Notes: generated by a model not told the origin, from the letters alone. A stretch of DNA of 64,000 nt from Candidatus Spongiisociaceae bacterium (GCA_965202665.1 OZ241841.1:448001-512000), one strand, 5' to 3'; counted from the first letter of the stretch, positions 19,734-30,231 are shown. Made by a program: numbers and translations.

Positions 19734-21122
19734 ATGGAAACCGTGCGGATAGCGCTTATCTCCACCTACGAACTCGGCCATCAGCCGGTTCATCTGGCTT
19801 CGCCGGCCGCCGCCCTGCGCCGCCGGGGGCACCAGGTGGCCGTCTTGGATCTGGCGGTGCAGCCCTGGGACGAAGGCTTGGCAGAATGGGCGGAGGGGGT
19901 TGCGTTCAGCGTTCCCATGCACACCGCCCTGCGCCTGGCCACCCGGGCCGCCCGCCGCCTGCGGGAGGAGCGCACCGGTTTGCCGATCGCCGCCTACGGC
20001 CTGTACGCCCCGTCCGCCGAAGACGACCCGGCGTTTGACCGCGCCATCGGGGGGGAATACGAAACGGGGCTGGCGGAATGGGCGGAGGGGATAGGCCGGG
20101 GCCGGGCGGAGGCGGGGGCCTCCGTCTACCGGGGGCGCACGGTTTTCGAAGTGCCGGACCGGACCGGCCTGCCCTCCCTGGACCGCTACGCCCGGCTGGA
20201 AACGGGGGGCGTCCGGCGGTTGGCGGGGGCGGTGGAAAGCGGCCACGGATGCCGGCACCGTTGCCGCCACTGCCCGTTGCCCGCCGTCTACGACGGGCGG
20301 TTCCGGGCCGTTCCCCGGGAGACGGTCCTGGCCGACATCGGGCAACTGGCGGAGGCGGGGGCGGAGCATATTACCTTCGCCGACGCCGACTTTTTCAACG
20401 GCCCGCAACATTCGTTGCGCATCGTTCGGGAAATGCGCCGCCGCTGGCCCCGTCTCACCTTCGACGCCACCGTCAAAGTGGAGCATCTGCTGGTTCATTC
20501 CGGGCTGTTGGGGGAGTTGCGGGACAACGGGTGCCTGTTCGTAGTGTCGGCTTTTGAAAGTCTCAACGACCGCATACTGGAGATTTTGGACAAGGGGCAC
20601 ACCGCCGCCGAAGCGGGGGCGGCGTTGCATCTGGTTCGGCGGGCCGGGCTGGAAATCCACCCCACCTGGCTGCCGTTCACGCCTTGGACGGAGATGGGGG
20701 ACGTAGCCGACATTTTCGCTTTTGTGGCGGATCACGACCTGGTGGAAATCACCGACCCGGTGCAACTGTCCATCCGGCTGTTGGTTCCCCGCCGGTCGTT
20801 GCTGGCCGACCACGCGGAGTTTGCGCCCCACCGGGGGGAATACGACCCGGAGGCGGCCACTTACCGATGGCGCTCCCCCGACCCGGGGGTGGATGAGTTG
20901 GCCGAGCGCCTGGCGGCCATCGCGGAAGAGGGGACGGGCCGGCCGCCCCGGGAAACTTTTACCCGAATGCGGAGGGCGGTGCGGGAGGCGGCCGGTGGCG
21001 ACCGGCGTTTGGCGGAGGCCATTCCCGGAGGAGCGACGGAGGGGAGGCCGCGGCTAACCGAGCCGTGGTTCTGCTGAGCGGAACCCACCGCGGACCAGTT
21101 AGGTTCGCTAACCCCAACCTAA
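19734..21122 (+). CDS. CUAEP/CCAEP-tail radical SAM selenoprotein (Sec at TGA 21075-21077)
   Basis: STYELGHQP N-terminus and GCRHRCRHC CxxxCxxC motif. The C-terminus reads PRLTEPWFC-TGA-AEPTADQLGSLTPT-TAA, matching the family's C-U-A-E-P tail. Confidence 0.88.
21078..21108 (+). promoter_or_regulatory. Candidate bacterial SECIS hairpin
   Basis: Immediately 3' of the TGA, GCGGAACC...GGTTCGC can pair to form a stem-loop. Confidence 0.5.
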
Positions 21123-21241
21123 AACCGGCCCCGCCGTTTCCCCCGCCCGCATCTCGGCCCTAAACATCCGAAAAATATTTTCCGGTTTTGGACGCGGCGG
21201 GTTTAATCCTGTGATAACGTAGAGGAATAAGGGCAAGCGAG

Positions 21242-22772
21242 ATGCACCAGCAAACCAACCCAATGTTTGAAACACCGCCAAAGATAGCACTGTGGGCAGT
21301 CGTAACATTACTGTTAGCAGGTTGCGCTAGTGCCTCCAACAGCTCCTCTGCGTCCACCATCAACGATGGGATTGTTCCATTGTATTTGGAGGAGGTGGTT
21401 CCGCCGTGTGTTCCCACTGAGTTGGAACCTGATCCTTGTCCGCCGGATTTACCTGCTCATATTGTAGAATCTAACCATCAGGGGCTTGCTGCCGTGCTTA
21501 TGCGTGGTTCCTTCCTTCAATGAAAGGCTATTGTGGGATCCCCAAATGGATGGATCTAGTAGTATCCATATTGTTGTAAGAGGAACTGTTAAAACCAACA
21601 CTACCAGATGCGATCTCTATAAAGATAAAGTAGCTGATTATGTAGTAAAGTTATATACAACAATTCGTGTGGTTGATCAATACCTAGTAGATTATTATGA
21701 TTATAATTGCTTTGCAGAAGTCGCAGTGAAAGAATATATAGTAGGCGAAGGCCCACCTTCTCTAACAGTAATAACTTATAAACAAGGTATGCATAGGAGT
21801 CATCTAGATTCTGAGGGAAATGTTAGTGATTATTTCTTAGAATATATTGATCCCAAAACGAAAGCAATCGCTCATGAAGGTAGAGAAATTATCTTTTTCC
21901 TGGGTCCTTCTCCGTCTATAGAAGTAGAGGCCTGGGCTGGATTAGGGGGTGGAAGCATGTGGTTCCTGCAACAGACCGAAGATGGCATAAGGGCCATAGC
22001 TGATTACTATCGAATAGCCGTACTAGAAGAACATCGCCAAAAATTGAATCTGCCGCTAGATGAAATGATAGAAGACATCAAACAAGCCGCCATAAATAGA
22101 GCCACCCTGACCGGAGGACGGATAGGAACCGATCCGGAACTACCCATGTATATTACCGATGCCAACAAACTACGCGACCACTATATCGAAGTAGGAGCCG
22201 TATACGATGCTACCGAACAAGCAACCAAATTACCTCCACCGGTTCCTGGGGAAGGTGATCCTCCTGCGCCTACTATTCCAACCAACGATGGAACGACGGG
22301 AACCACCGTACCGGCACCGGGGGCAGAACCGACCATTCCACCACCGACGGATGATGCGGGACTTTCCATCGAGCAGGAAACCACAACCACCACCGAAACA
22401 ACTACTACCACCACCACCACCACAACAGAGGTTGCGTCCGTAGTGTCGACCACTACCGAACCGGTGGCAACCACGACCACTACTGCGGGAACCGTAACGG
22501 AACCTGTCACTGGTACGACTACCACATCCACCACAACTACATCGGAACCACCGGGCGGGGAAAATGATGCTCCGTCTGTGAATGTCGGTCCTCCGGAAGA
22601 AGAACAGACCACCACCACTACAGAAACGCCAGAGTCAGGGGAAGGCGACATTCCGGAGGAAACCCCCTCAACAACCGTCCCAGCCGGCGACAGCATTCCC
22701 CCGCCCGCCGAAGACAACCAACCCGGCCAAGAACCGGCGCCTGCCGGCCCGGTTGATGAACCCGCAAGCTAA
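21242..22772 (+). pseudogene. Lipoprotein with low-GC core and Thr/Pro/Glu-rich tail, split by a frameshift between 21468 and 21520
   Basis: The lipobox LLLAG-C ORF (21242-21523) overlaps a second ORF in the +1 frame (to 22772) that has no signal peptide of its own. Confidence 0.65.
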
Positions 22773-22900
22773 TCCAATGTTTGACGCTCCGGCGCCCGGC
22801 GGGGCGGCGCCTATCCGTCCGCCGGTTCAACCGGCTAGCGATGTTCCGGCGCCGACGGGGGTGGTTCGGTTAGCGGCGCGGAGGGGTTATCATCGGGGAG

Positions 22901-23680
22901 ATGGAAATACCGGTTGACAGCTGGGGCGACCGCCCGGGGGACTATGTGCCGCCCGGCGGGTGGTTGCGGACGGCGTGGAACTACTGCTGGAAACACGGCC
23001 TGACGCAACCTTTCCCGCACGACTCCGAAACGTTGGACGGCCTGCGGCGGGGACTGCGCGCCCATCTGCGGGAACGAGGGGCCCCCTCCTACAAGTTGGA
23101 GGCCCTGGCCGACTGGGGGATGGACCAGTACCACGTCAAACGGCGGCGGCGGGCCGAGCCGCAACCCTCCTACGAGGAGCGAACCAGAATGCTGGGGCGG
23201 CCCCCGATACGGCCCCGGCCTTATCTGCTGATACCGGAACTGCCGCCCATGATGCGCCCGCCCAACATCCGGGGCCGTTTCCGCCCGTTGGTGCAGTACT
23301 GCAAAGACTGGGCGGCGCAACCGGCGCACCGGGGGAAGATGATGGCCGACCGGCCGCCCTCCGACACCGAACCAGCCATGGCGGCCTCCATCGCGGCGGT
23401 GGTGCACGCGCTGTGCGACCTGGACGAACTCCCCCCGGCGGAATGGGTGTACGAATACCGCTTCCCGTATCCGATGGGCCCGTGGGGGACAATGCCCCTC
23501 GACCTACAAAAAAGCTATGACAGGAGAATGATCGCCGAAGCGCCCGCCGCCTGCGCCTATCACAATGTCTTCTTCGACGACTCCTTCATTGAAGGGCCGT
23601 TGTGGATCAACCCCCCCGTGGACAACCCGATCAGCCCGGAACGAATACCGCCCCGCTACCGCAATGCCGCAACGGCCTGA
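22901..23680 (+). CDS. Hypothetical protein, probable partner (antitoxin-like) of the downstream nucleotidyltransferase
   Basis: GGGGAG RBS, plausible codon usage, stop overlaps the next gene's start; C-terminal AAVVHALC...PPAEWV...APAACAYHNVF segment. Confidence 0.6.
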   Translation: MEIPVDSWGDRPGDYVPPGGWLRTAWNYCWKHGLTQPFPHDSETLDGLRRGLRAHLRERGAPSYKLEALADWGMDQYHVKRRRRAEPQPSYEERTRMLGRPPIRPRPYLLIPELPPMMRPPNIRGRFRPLVQYCKDWAAQPAHRGKMMADRPPSDTEPAMAASIAAVVHALCDLDELPPAEWVYEYRFPYPMGPWGTMPLDLQKSYDRRMIAEAPAACAYHNVFFDDSFIEGPLWINPPVDNPISPERIPPRYRNAATA

Positions 23681-24314
23681 GCAGGAACTGGACGGCCGGC
23701 GCATCCTGGAGCTGTACGGCAAAATCGACTCCCGGCTGAAAAGGCCCACCGAGGTGCTGGTAGTGGGCGGGGCCGCCCTGGCGGTGCATTGGTTCGTAAA
23801 AGGAACCTACCCGCGCGGCACGGCCGACATAGACGCCGCCCATACGCAATCGGTTTTCACCGACCCGCGCCGCACCACCTTCATAATCGATACCATCAAC
23901 CCTTTTTTGCCTCCCCATCTGCAACAAGTGTTGGACGATGTAGCGCAACGAGAAGGGTTGGAAGAAGATTGGTTCAACAACAAGGTGATCAACACCATGC
24001 CGGACGGAGTGGAATATGAGCCGCTGATGGCTTATCGCGGGGAACGGTTGGGCGTTTACCGGCCCAGCCTGAAAATTCTGCTGGCTATGAAACTCAAATC
24101 ATCCCGGCGGCACAAGGACTTGGAAGACGCGGCGCGGCTGGCGGATGAAACCGGAATCCATCTGGTCCGGGATCTGACGGACCTGGTGGAAGAGGTCTAC
24201 GGGCCCGGGCAGATCACCCCGCGGGTGGAAGAGTTCATTGACAGGACGGTGGAACAATACCTGCAACTGCGCTGGCAAAAGGCCGGACGGGAGATTGACC
24301 TCCGGGACTGGTAG
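23664..24314 (+). CDS. DUF6036-like nucleotidyltransferase
   Basis: VLVVGGAAL...RGTADIDA (GG and DxD motifs), WFNN and LLAMKLKSSRRHKDLED. Confidence 0.7.
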   Translation: MPQRPEQELDGRRILELYGKIDSRLKRPTEVLVVGGAALAVHWFVKGTYPRGTADIDAAHTQSVFTDPRRTTFIIDTINPFLPPHLQQVLDDVAQREGLEEDWFNNKVINTMPDGVEYEPLMAYRGERLGVYRPSLKILLAMKLKSSRRHKDLEDAARLADETGIHLVRDLTDLVEEVYGPGQITPRVEEFIDRTVEQYLQLRWQKAGREIDLRDW

Positions 24315-24332
24315 AGGATGTGCACCGGCCGG

Positions 24333-26069
24333 TCAGGCCAGGCCCATATGGGCGGCTAAGGCGTCGGCTACCGAACCGGCCTGGGACGCAATCCGCCCCT
24401 CCAGGCGGAACGGGTCGGTCCCTTCCGGGACGAAGCCGGGCAGGTCAACGTAGATTTTCAGTTTCGGTTCGGTTCCGCTGGGACGGGCCAAAGTGCGGCC
24501 CCCGCCCTCCAAATCCAGGGCGATCACCGGCGCGGCGTTCCGCCAGCGGGGACGGGTTTCGTCGCCGAACCGGTAATCGGTCACCCCCCGCACCGCCCGC
24601 CCGGCCAACTCCGCCGGAGGCGAATCCCCCAGTTTTTCCATCGCCCCCTCCAACTCCTCCTTCCCGCCCGGCCCGGGCCGGGCCACGCTCCGTTGCGCGG
24701 AAGCCCACAACCCGAACCGCCGGTAGAGGGAGGACAGCCGGTCCGTGAGCGTCGTCCCCGACCGGCGGCATTCGGCGGCCAGATCGGCCAAAGCCAGGGC
24801 CGCCCCCACCCCGTCTTTGTCCCGCACCACCGAACCCACCGCATAACCCAGCGCCTCCTCGTAGCCGAAGGCGAACCGAACCGGGTGGTCCGCTCCCCCG
24901 GCCGCCTCCGCCTCCAATTCCATGGCGGCGGCGGCGATCCATTTGAAACCGGTGAAAGTGGTCTCGCAGCGGGCCCCGTGGGCGGCCGCCACCGCCCCCA
25001 GCATGGGCGAAGAGACGATGGTGTTCAACACCAGGGGGGCGGCCTCCTCCCCCGGCGGAAAATGGGACAGGACGTAGTCGGCCAGCAGAATCCCCACCTG
25101 GTTGCCGGTCAGAACCTTCCAGCCGCCGCCGCGGGGAACCGCCGCCGCCAGCCGGTCGGCGTCCGGGTCGTTGGCCAGCAACAGGTCGGCCCCCGTCTCC
25201 TCCGCCAAGTCCAAAGCCAAATCCAGGGCCCCCGGCTCCTCCGGGTTGGGAAAGGCAACGGTGGGAAACCGCCCGTCCGGCTCCGTCTGCTCCGGCACCG
25301 GACGCACCTCCCGGTACCCGGCCCGCCCCAAAACTTCCCGCACCGGCCCCCATCCCACCCCGTGCAACGGGGTGTAAACGATGCGCAGCGACCCGTCCCC
25401 CGCCCCGGCCGGGCGCAAAGCGGCCAAGTCCCGGAAGTAGTCTTCCAGGGTTTCCCGGCCGATGGGCTCCGCCCCGGCCAACCCTTCCCGCATCGGCACC
25501 CGGTTGGCCGGGCCCGCCCGTTCCATGGCGGCGGCGATGGCCGCGTCGGCGGGCGGGACGATCTGGGCCCCGGCCCCGTCGTACACTTTGAACCCGTTGT
25601 CCCGGGGCGGGTTGTGGCTGGCGGTGATCACCACCGCCGCGCACGCCCCCAGGGACAGGGCGGAATAGGCGACCAGCGGGGTGGCGACCGGTTCCTCCCA
25701 GAAACGGACCGGCAAACCGGCCGCGGTCAGAACTCCCACCGCATCGGCCATGAAACGGGCGCTGGAAAGGCGGGCGTCCCTCCCCACCGCCACCGGGCCG
25801 GGCGGAACCCCCCCATGGCGCTCCAAAAGAAAGTCGGCCAGGCCGCGGGCGGCCCGGATCACCACCGCCCGGTTCATCCGGTTGGAACCGGCCTCCACCG
25901 CCCCCCGCAAACCGGCCGTCCCGAAAGCCAGGTTTCCCGCCATCCGGTCGGCCACCTCCGCCCCGTCCCCGGATTCCATCAGCCGGGCCAACTCGGCCCT
26001 GGTTTCCGGGTCGGGGTCGCCTTCCATCCACCGCCGGGCCCGTTCCGCAACCCGGGCCGGGCCGGTCAT
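24333..26069 (-). CDS. Phosphomannomutase / phosphoglucomutase
   Basis: FGTAGLRG, ITASHNP, NDPDADR, FGYEEA and RPSGTEPKLKIY; start at ATG 26069. Confidence 0.93.
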   Translation of the reverse strand: MTGPARVAERARRWMEGDPDPETRAELARLMESGDGAEVADRMAGNLAFGTAGLRGAVEAGSNRMNRAVVIRAARGLADFLLERHGGVPPGPVAVGRDARLSSARFMADAVGVLTAAGLPVRFWEEPVATPLVAYSALSLGACAAVVITASHNPPRDNGFKVYDGAGAQIVPPADAAIAAAMERAGPANRVPMREGLAGAEPIGRETLEDYFRDLAALRPAGAGDGSLRIVYTPLHGVGWGPVREVLGRAGYREVRPVPEQTEPDGRFPTVAFPNPEEPGALDLALDLAEETGADLLLANDPDADRLAAAVPRGGGWKVLTGNQVGILLADYVLSHFPPGEEAAPLVLNTIVSSPMLGAVAAAHGARCETTFTGFKWIAAAAMELEAEAAGGADHPVRFAFGYEEALGYAVGSVVRDKDGVGAALALADLAAECRRSGTTLTDRLSSLYRRFGLWASAQRSVARPGPGGKEELEGAMEKLGDSPPAELAGRAVRGVTDYRFGDETRPRWRNAAPVIALDLEGGGRTLARPSGTEPKLKIYVDLPGFVPEGTDPFRLEGRIASQAGSVADALAAHMGLA

Positions 26070-27037
26070 AGGATGGCGTACGCCTTGGGCCTCGACTCTT
26101 TGGGTTCCATCTGCTGCGCCGTCATCAGCAACTCCCCTTCGGCGGTCAGCTCCGCCTCCCCCACCACCAGCGGGGCGATCAACCGGCTGTCCTCGTCCGC
26201 CCACTGGTAGGTGACGGTGAACAGCGAACCGGTGATGGACTCCTGCACCCACTCCTCCTCCGGTTCCAGTTCGCCGTCTTCGGCCAGGCAGGCCACTTTG
26301 GCGCTGGTTCCGGTCCCGCACGGCGAACGGTCGTAGGTTCCGCTGGGGCACAGCACGAAGTTGCGGGAGTCGGCTTCCGGAACGGTGGGCGGCCCGTACA
26401 ATTCGATATGGTCCACGTCTTTGTAACCGGAGTCGCGGGCGCCGGCCATAATCGCCTTGGTGATGGAAAGCAGATCCTCCACCGGCTGGCCCAAGTCGAT
26501 CTCCGGGCTTTTCACCAGCAGGAAAGTGTTGCCGCCGTAGGCGATGTCGGCGGTCACCTCCCCCACCCCTTCGGCCTTCAAGGTGACGTCGGAGGCCAGG
26601 CGGCGGCTGGGAACATTGCTCAACGCCACTTTGCCGTCCGGGAGGCATTCCACATGCACCGACCCCACCGGGGTGTCCAGCCGGTGGGAGCCTTCCCCGA
26701 TGCGGCCCAGGGCGCGCAGGGTGTGGGCCAGCCCGATGGCCCCGTGCCCGCACATTCCGATCACCTCCGCCTGATCGAAGAAGATGACCCCGGCGGCCGC
26801 TTGCGGCGTGTCGGGCTGGACCAGCAGGGCGGCCACCATGGCCTCGTTGCCGCGCGGCTCCGCCACCACCGCCCGCGTCAGGCCGCCGAAACGGCGGGCC
26901 AGGTCTCCCCGCCGTTTGGCAACCGACTGCCCCTGCAAGGCGGGGAAGCCGTCGGTGATAACCCGGGTGGGCATCCCACCGGTGTGGGAGTCGATCACCG
27001 AAATTCTGGAAAAGTCGTTGGACGTTATTTGAGTCAT
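26066..27037 (-). CDS. Proline racemase family protein, probable 4-hydroxyproline 2-epimerase
   Basis: IDSHTGGMPTR, MCGH and DRSPCGTGTSA, giving the Cys/Cys catalytic pair. Confidence 0.88.
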   Translation of the reverse strand: MTQITSNDFSRISVIDSHTGGMPTRVITDGFPALQGQSVAKRRGDLARRFGGLTRAVVAEPRGNEAMVAALLVQPDTPQAAAGVIFFDQAEVIGMCGHGAIGLAHTLRALGRIGEGSHRLDTPVGSVHVECLPDGKVALSNVPSRRLASDVTLKAEGVGEVTADIAYGGNTFLLVKSPEIDLGQPVEDLLSITKAIMAGARDSGYKDVDHIELYGPPTVPEADSRNFVLCPSGTYDRSPCGTGTSAKVACLAEDGELEPEEEWVQESITGSLFTVTYQWADEDSRLIAPLVVGEAELTAEGELLMTAQQMEPKESRPKAYAIL

Positions 27038-28335
27038 TGGAATCTCTCCGGCGAACAGGGTCCTATGTCAATTTCAGTTGGCTCCCCGCATATTACCCGC
27101 GTCGCCAGCCGTCCGGTGGCCGGAGCCAAAGAAAGTCCGAGCAGGGCGTGCCCGGCGGCGTAAGTCAAATTGCGCCACCCGGGGGCCCGGCCGATTACGG
27201 GGAGCCCGTCCGGGGTCACCGGACGGAACCCCGCCCACCGTTGCGCCACCCGCAGGTCGGAGTCCAGTTGGAGGCGGGAACGTGCGTTGCGCTCCACCTG
27301 CGCCAAGCGGGCGGGGGGCAGGCGGGAGTCCAGCCGCCCCAGTTCGAACCAGCCGCTCATCCGCAGGAGATCCCCCATCGGGGCCACCGCCACGTATTTT
27401 TCCCCCAGCAACATGCGGAGCCGGGGGCCGCGGCGGGGGCGGCGCACCGTGATGCTGTAACCTTTGGCGGGCTGAATGGGCAGGCGGTTGCCGAACCGGG
27501 CGGCCAACTGCGGGGTCCAAACCCCGGCGGCCAGCACCGCCTCCCCCGTCCGGATTTCCCCCCGGGTGGTGATCAGGCGCCGCACCGTTCCGCCTCCGGT
27601 TTCCGCCCCCAGGACTTCGGTGTTGGGAACCACTTTCACCCCCCGCCGGACGGCCGCCTCCGCCAACCCGGCCATGAACCGGCCCGGGTCCAGCCCGGCG
27701 TCGTCCGGGTAGAAGACCGCTCCCGTCACCGACCCGTTCAAAGCCGGTTCTTTTTCCCGCGCCCCGTCCCCGTCCAGAATTTGGATGGGGACCCCGAATT
27801 TGGCCTCCCATTCCGCCCGGCGGCGCCCTTCGGCGAACTCCCGCCCGCCGCCGAACACGTTCAACAGGCCGTTCGGCTCATAGGCGCATTCGATTCCCTC
27901 CGCAGCCAGCCATTCTTTGAACAGTCCGGCGCTCAGGTTGCCGAGGGCGGCCAGCGCCGGAGCGGCCGCTTCCACCGCCTGCGGCCGGCAGTTGCGCAGA
28001 AAAGCCGCCGCCCACCGCCACAGGCCGGGGCTGAGGGGGGAGCGGACGGTCACCGGGCCTTTTCCGCTCAGCATGGAACGCACCGCGAGGGAGAACATCC
28101 CCGGCTCCGGCACCGGTATCACATGGCTGGGAACCACGAACCCGGCGTTGCCCGACGAAGTCCCCACCCCCACCGAGCCCCGTTCGATGACCGTAGTGTC
28201 CACTCCCCGCCCGGCCAGTTGGTAGGCGATGGACATTCCGACCGCGCCCGCCCCCACCACCACCGCCTCCGCCGCGTCGGGCAGGGCGCCCGCGGCGGTC
28301 CCGTCGGCGTTGCGTTCGCTGCCAGGTTGGCTCAC
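27034..28335 (-). CDS. FAD-dependent D-amino acid dehydrogenase (probable D-hydroxyproline dehydrogenase)
   Basis: VVGAGAVG, TSSGNAG, PAKGYS, WAGFRPVTPDGLPVIG and GHALLGLSLAPATG. Confidence 0.85.
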   Translation of the reverse strand: MSQPGSERNADGTAAGALPDAAEAVVVGAGAVGMSIAYQLAGRGVDTTVIERGSVGVGTSSGNAGFVVPSHVIPVPEPGMFSLAVRSMLSGKGPVTVRSPLSPGLWRWAAAFLRNCRPQAVEAAAPALAALGNLSAGLFKEWLAAEGIECAYEPNGLLNVFGGGREFAEGRRRAEWEAKFGVPIQILDGDGAREKEPALNGSVTGAVFYPDDAGLDPGRFMAGLAEAAVRRGVKVVPNTEVLGAETGGGTVRRLITTRGEIRTGEAVLAAGVWTPQLAARFGNRLPIQPAKGYSITVRRPRRGPRLRMLLGEKYVAVAPMGDLLRMSGWFELGRLDSRLPPARLAQVERNARSRLQLDSDLRVAQRWAGFRPVTPDGLPVIGRAPGWRNLTYAAGHALLGLSLAPATGRLATRVICGEPTEIDIGPCSPERFQ

Positions 28336-28454
28336 CTCGACTCCTCCAGGCCGATTCCGGACCCGGCGCCCCGGACCGCCCGGCCAACTATGATTGCCGC
28401 GTAAGCAAACGGCGGGCGGGCGACCGGTTCGCCCGGCAACAAGGAGTGTAATCC

Positions 28455-29402
28455 GTGGGCCGTGACATTTTCCGGGGATGCATCCCCGCTCTTATGACCC
28501 CCTGCGACGCCGCCGGCGTCCCCGACTTCGACCGACTGGTGGAAAAAGCCCGCTGGCTGATCAGCCGGGGGATGTCGGGGGTGGTCTACTGCGGTTCCAT
28601 GGGCGAATGGCCGTTGCTGTCCCCCGCCCAGCGGAAAGAAGGGACGGCCCGGCTGGTGGAAGCGGGGGTGCCGGTGGTGGTGGGAACGGGGGCCCCCAAT
28701 CCGACCGAAGCCGCCGACTACGCCGCCCACGCCCGGAAGATAGGAGCGGGCGGGCTGATGGTCATCCCCCGGGTGCTGTCCCGGGGGCCCTCCTACGCCG
28801 CCCAGCGCAGTCATTTCGCCGGTATTCTGGAAGCGGCCGGGGAGGTTCCGGCCGTCATCTACAACAGCCCCTACTACGGGTTTGAAACCAAAGCCGACCT
28901 GTTCTTCGACCTGCGCGGCCAATATTCCAACCTGGTCGGATACAAGGAGTTCGGAGGCCTGGATTCCCTCACCTACGCCGCCGAGCACATCACTTCCGCC
29001 GACGACGACCTGTCGCTGGTGATCGGGGTGGACACCGGGGTGGTGCACGGCTACGTCAACTGCGGGGCGGCCGGGTGGATCACCGGCATCGGCAACGTGC
29101 TGCCCGAAGAAACTTTGGCACTGGACCGGCTGTCCGCGTTGGCGGCCGCCGGGGATCAAACCGCCCACCGCCTGGCCTGCGAGTTGGATTCTGCCCTGCT
29201 TCCCCTGTCCCGGCTGGACTCCGGCCCCGATTTGGTCCTCTACTTCAAGCATTTGACAGTGTTGCGGGGCGACTCCGCCTACGCCCATCCGTTGCTGGCC
29301 GGGGATGTGCTGTCCCCCGCCCAAGCCAACCATTCCGCCGCCCAGCTGCGCCGGTTTGAAAGCTGGTGGTCGGACTGGGAGGGGAAAAACTACCGGTCGT
29401 AA
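28455..29402 (+). CDS. DHDPS family protein, probable pyrroline-4-hydroxy-2-carboxylate deaminase
   Basis: GCIPALMTPC, YCGSMGEW, IYNSPYY and GYKEFGG; divergent from the epimerase and dehydrogenase genes. Confidence 0.8.
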   Translation: MGRDIFRGCIPALMTPCDAAGVPDFDRLVEKARWLISRGMSGVVYCGSMGEWPLLSPAQRKEGTARLVEAGVPVVVGTGAPNPTEAADYAAHARKIGAGGLMVIPRVLSRGPSYAAQRSHFAGILEAAGEVPAVIYNSPYYGFETKADLFFDLRGQYSNLVGYKEFGGLDSLTYAAEHITSADDDLSLVIGVDTGVVHGYVNCGAAGWITGIGNVLPEETLALDRLSALAAAGDQTAHRLACELDSALLPLSRLDSGPDLVLYFKHLTVLRGDSAYAHPLLAGDVLSPAQANHSAAQLRRFESWWSDWEGKNYRS

Positions 29403-29409
29403 CCGGGGG

Positions 29410-30231
29410 TCAGTCGCCGGGCGGTTCCTCCGGGGTTTCCTTGTCCGGGGAGGAAACCTGGTCGCCGGCCGGGGGCGGGGCGGAAAACATGGGCGGCGGG
29501 GGGCCGGGAGGGGCGGCCGGCGGTTGGGCGGCGGGCGGGCGCCTCCGTTGATAGTAAAACAGGTCCGAGCCGGCGAAGGCCAGCACCAGCACGGCCCCGA
29601 TGCGGAGATCCCGTTGCCAGAGCCACACTGCGGCCGCCACCCCCACAATCAAACCGATGATGCGGGCATGGAGGTCGCCGCTCGGCCCCAAAAGTTTTAT
29701 CAGCACCTCCCGGAGCATCTTGGAGCCGTCCAAACCGCCGATGGGCAGCCAGTTGACCAGCCCCCACACCACCGACACCCAAATGAAGGCGCCGACTGCG
29801 AACACCAGATACTCCCCCATTCGGTCGGCCGTTCCCAGATACACCCGCCAGGGGGTTTCTATGAGCAGGCGGGCGGGGTTTCCCAAACCTCCCAGGGCGG
29901 TCAGCAGATACAGCCCCAACCCGGCGAACAGGCCCACCCCCGACCCGGCCGCCGATACCAGAAAACTCCGCCAGCCGCGGATGGGTTTGTCCTTCTCCCG
30001 CCACAGGGTGGCCCCGCCCAGGGCGTAGATGGTGATGGCCTCCACATGTCCGCCGAACCGGCGCACCGTCGCCGCGTGCCCCAACTCGTGCAACAGCACG
30101 GATACCAAAATGGCGGCCGTCCACAACCCGACCGCCGCCGGGCTCCAATCGGCGTAGATGAAAAACACCAGCAACAGCAGAAAACTGAGGTGGATATGGA
30201 CCGGAAACCCAAGCACCCGAAACCGAAGCAT
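29410..30231 (-). CDS. Site-2 protease (peptidase M50) family membrane protein
   Basis: HELGH and NWLPIGGLDG motifs, several hydrophobic helices. Confidence 0.9.
   Translation of the reverse strand: MLRFRVLGFPVHIHLSFLLLLVFFIYADWSPAAVGLWTAAILVSVLLHELGHAATVRRFGGHVEAITIYALGGATLWREKDKPIRGWRSFLVSAAGSGVGLFAGLGLYLLTALGGLGNPARLLIETPWRVYLGTADRMGEYLVFAVGAFIWVSVVWGLVNWLPIGGLDGSKMLREVLIKLLGPSGDLHARIIGLIVGVAAAVWLWQRDLRIGAVLVLAFAGSDLFYYQRRRPPAAQPPAAPPGPPPPMFSAPPPAGDQVSSPDKETPEEPPGD

Noticed and set aside
22380-22430. ACC-type repeats in the lipoprotein tail, and GGN/CCN runs in the giant-gene linkers, as ON/OFF switches
   Set aside because: These are imperfect trinucleotide runs encoding Thr, Gly or Pro linkers; slippage would keep the reading frame.
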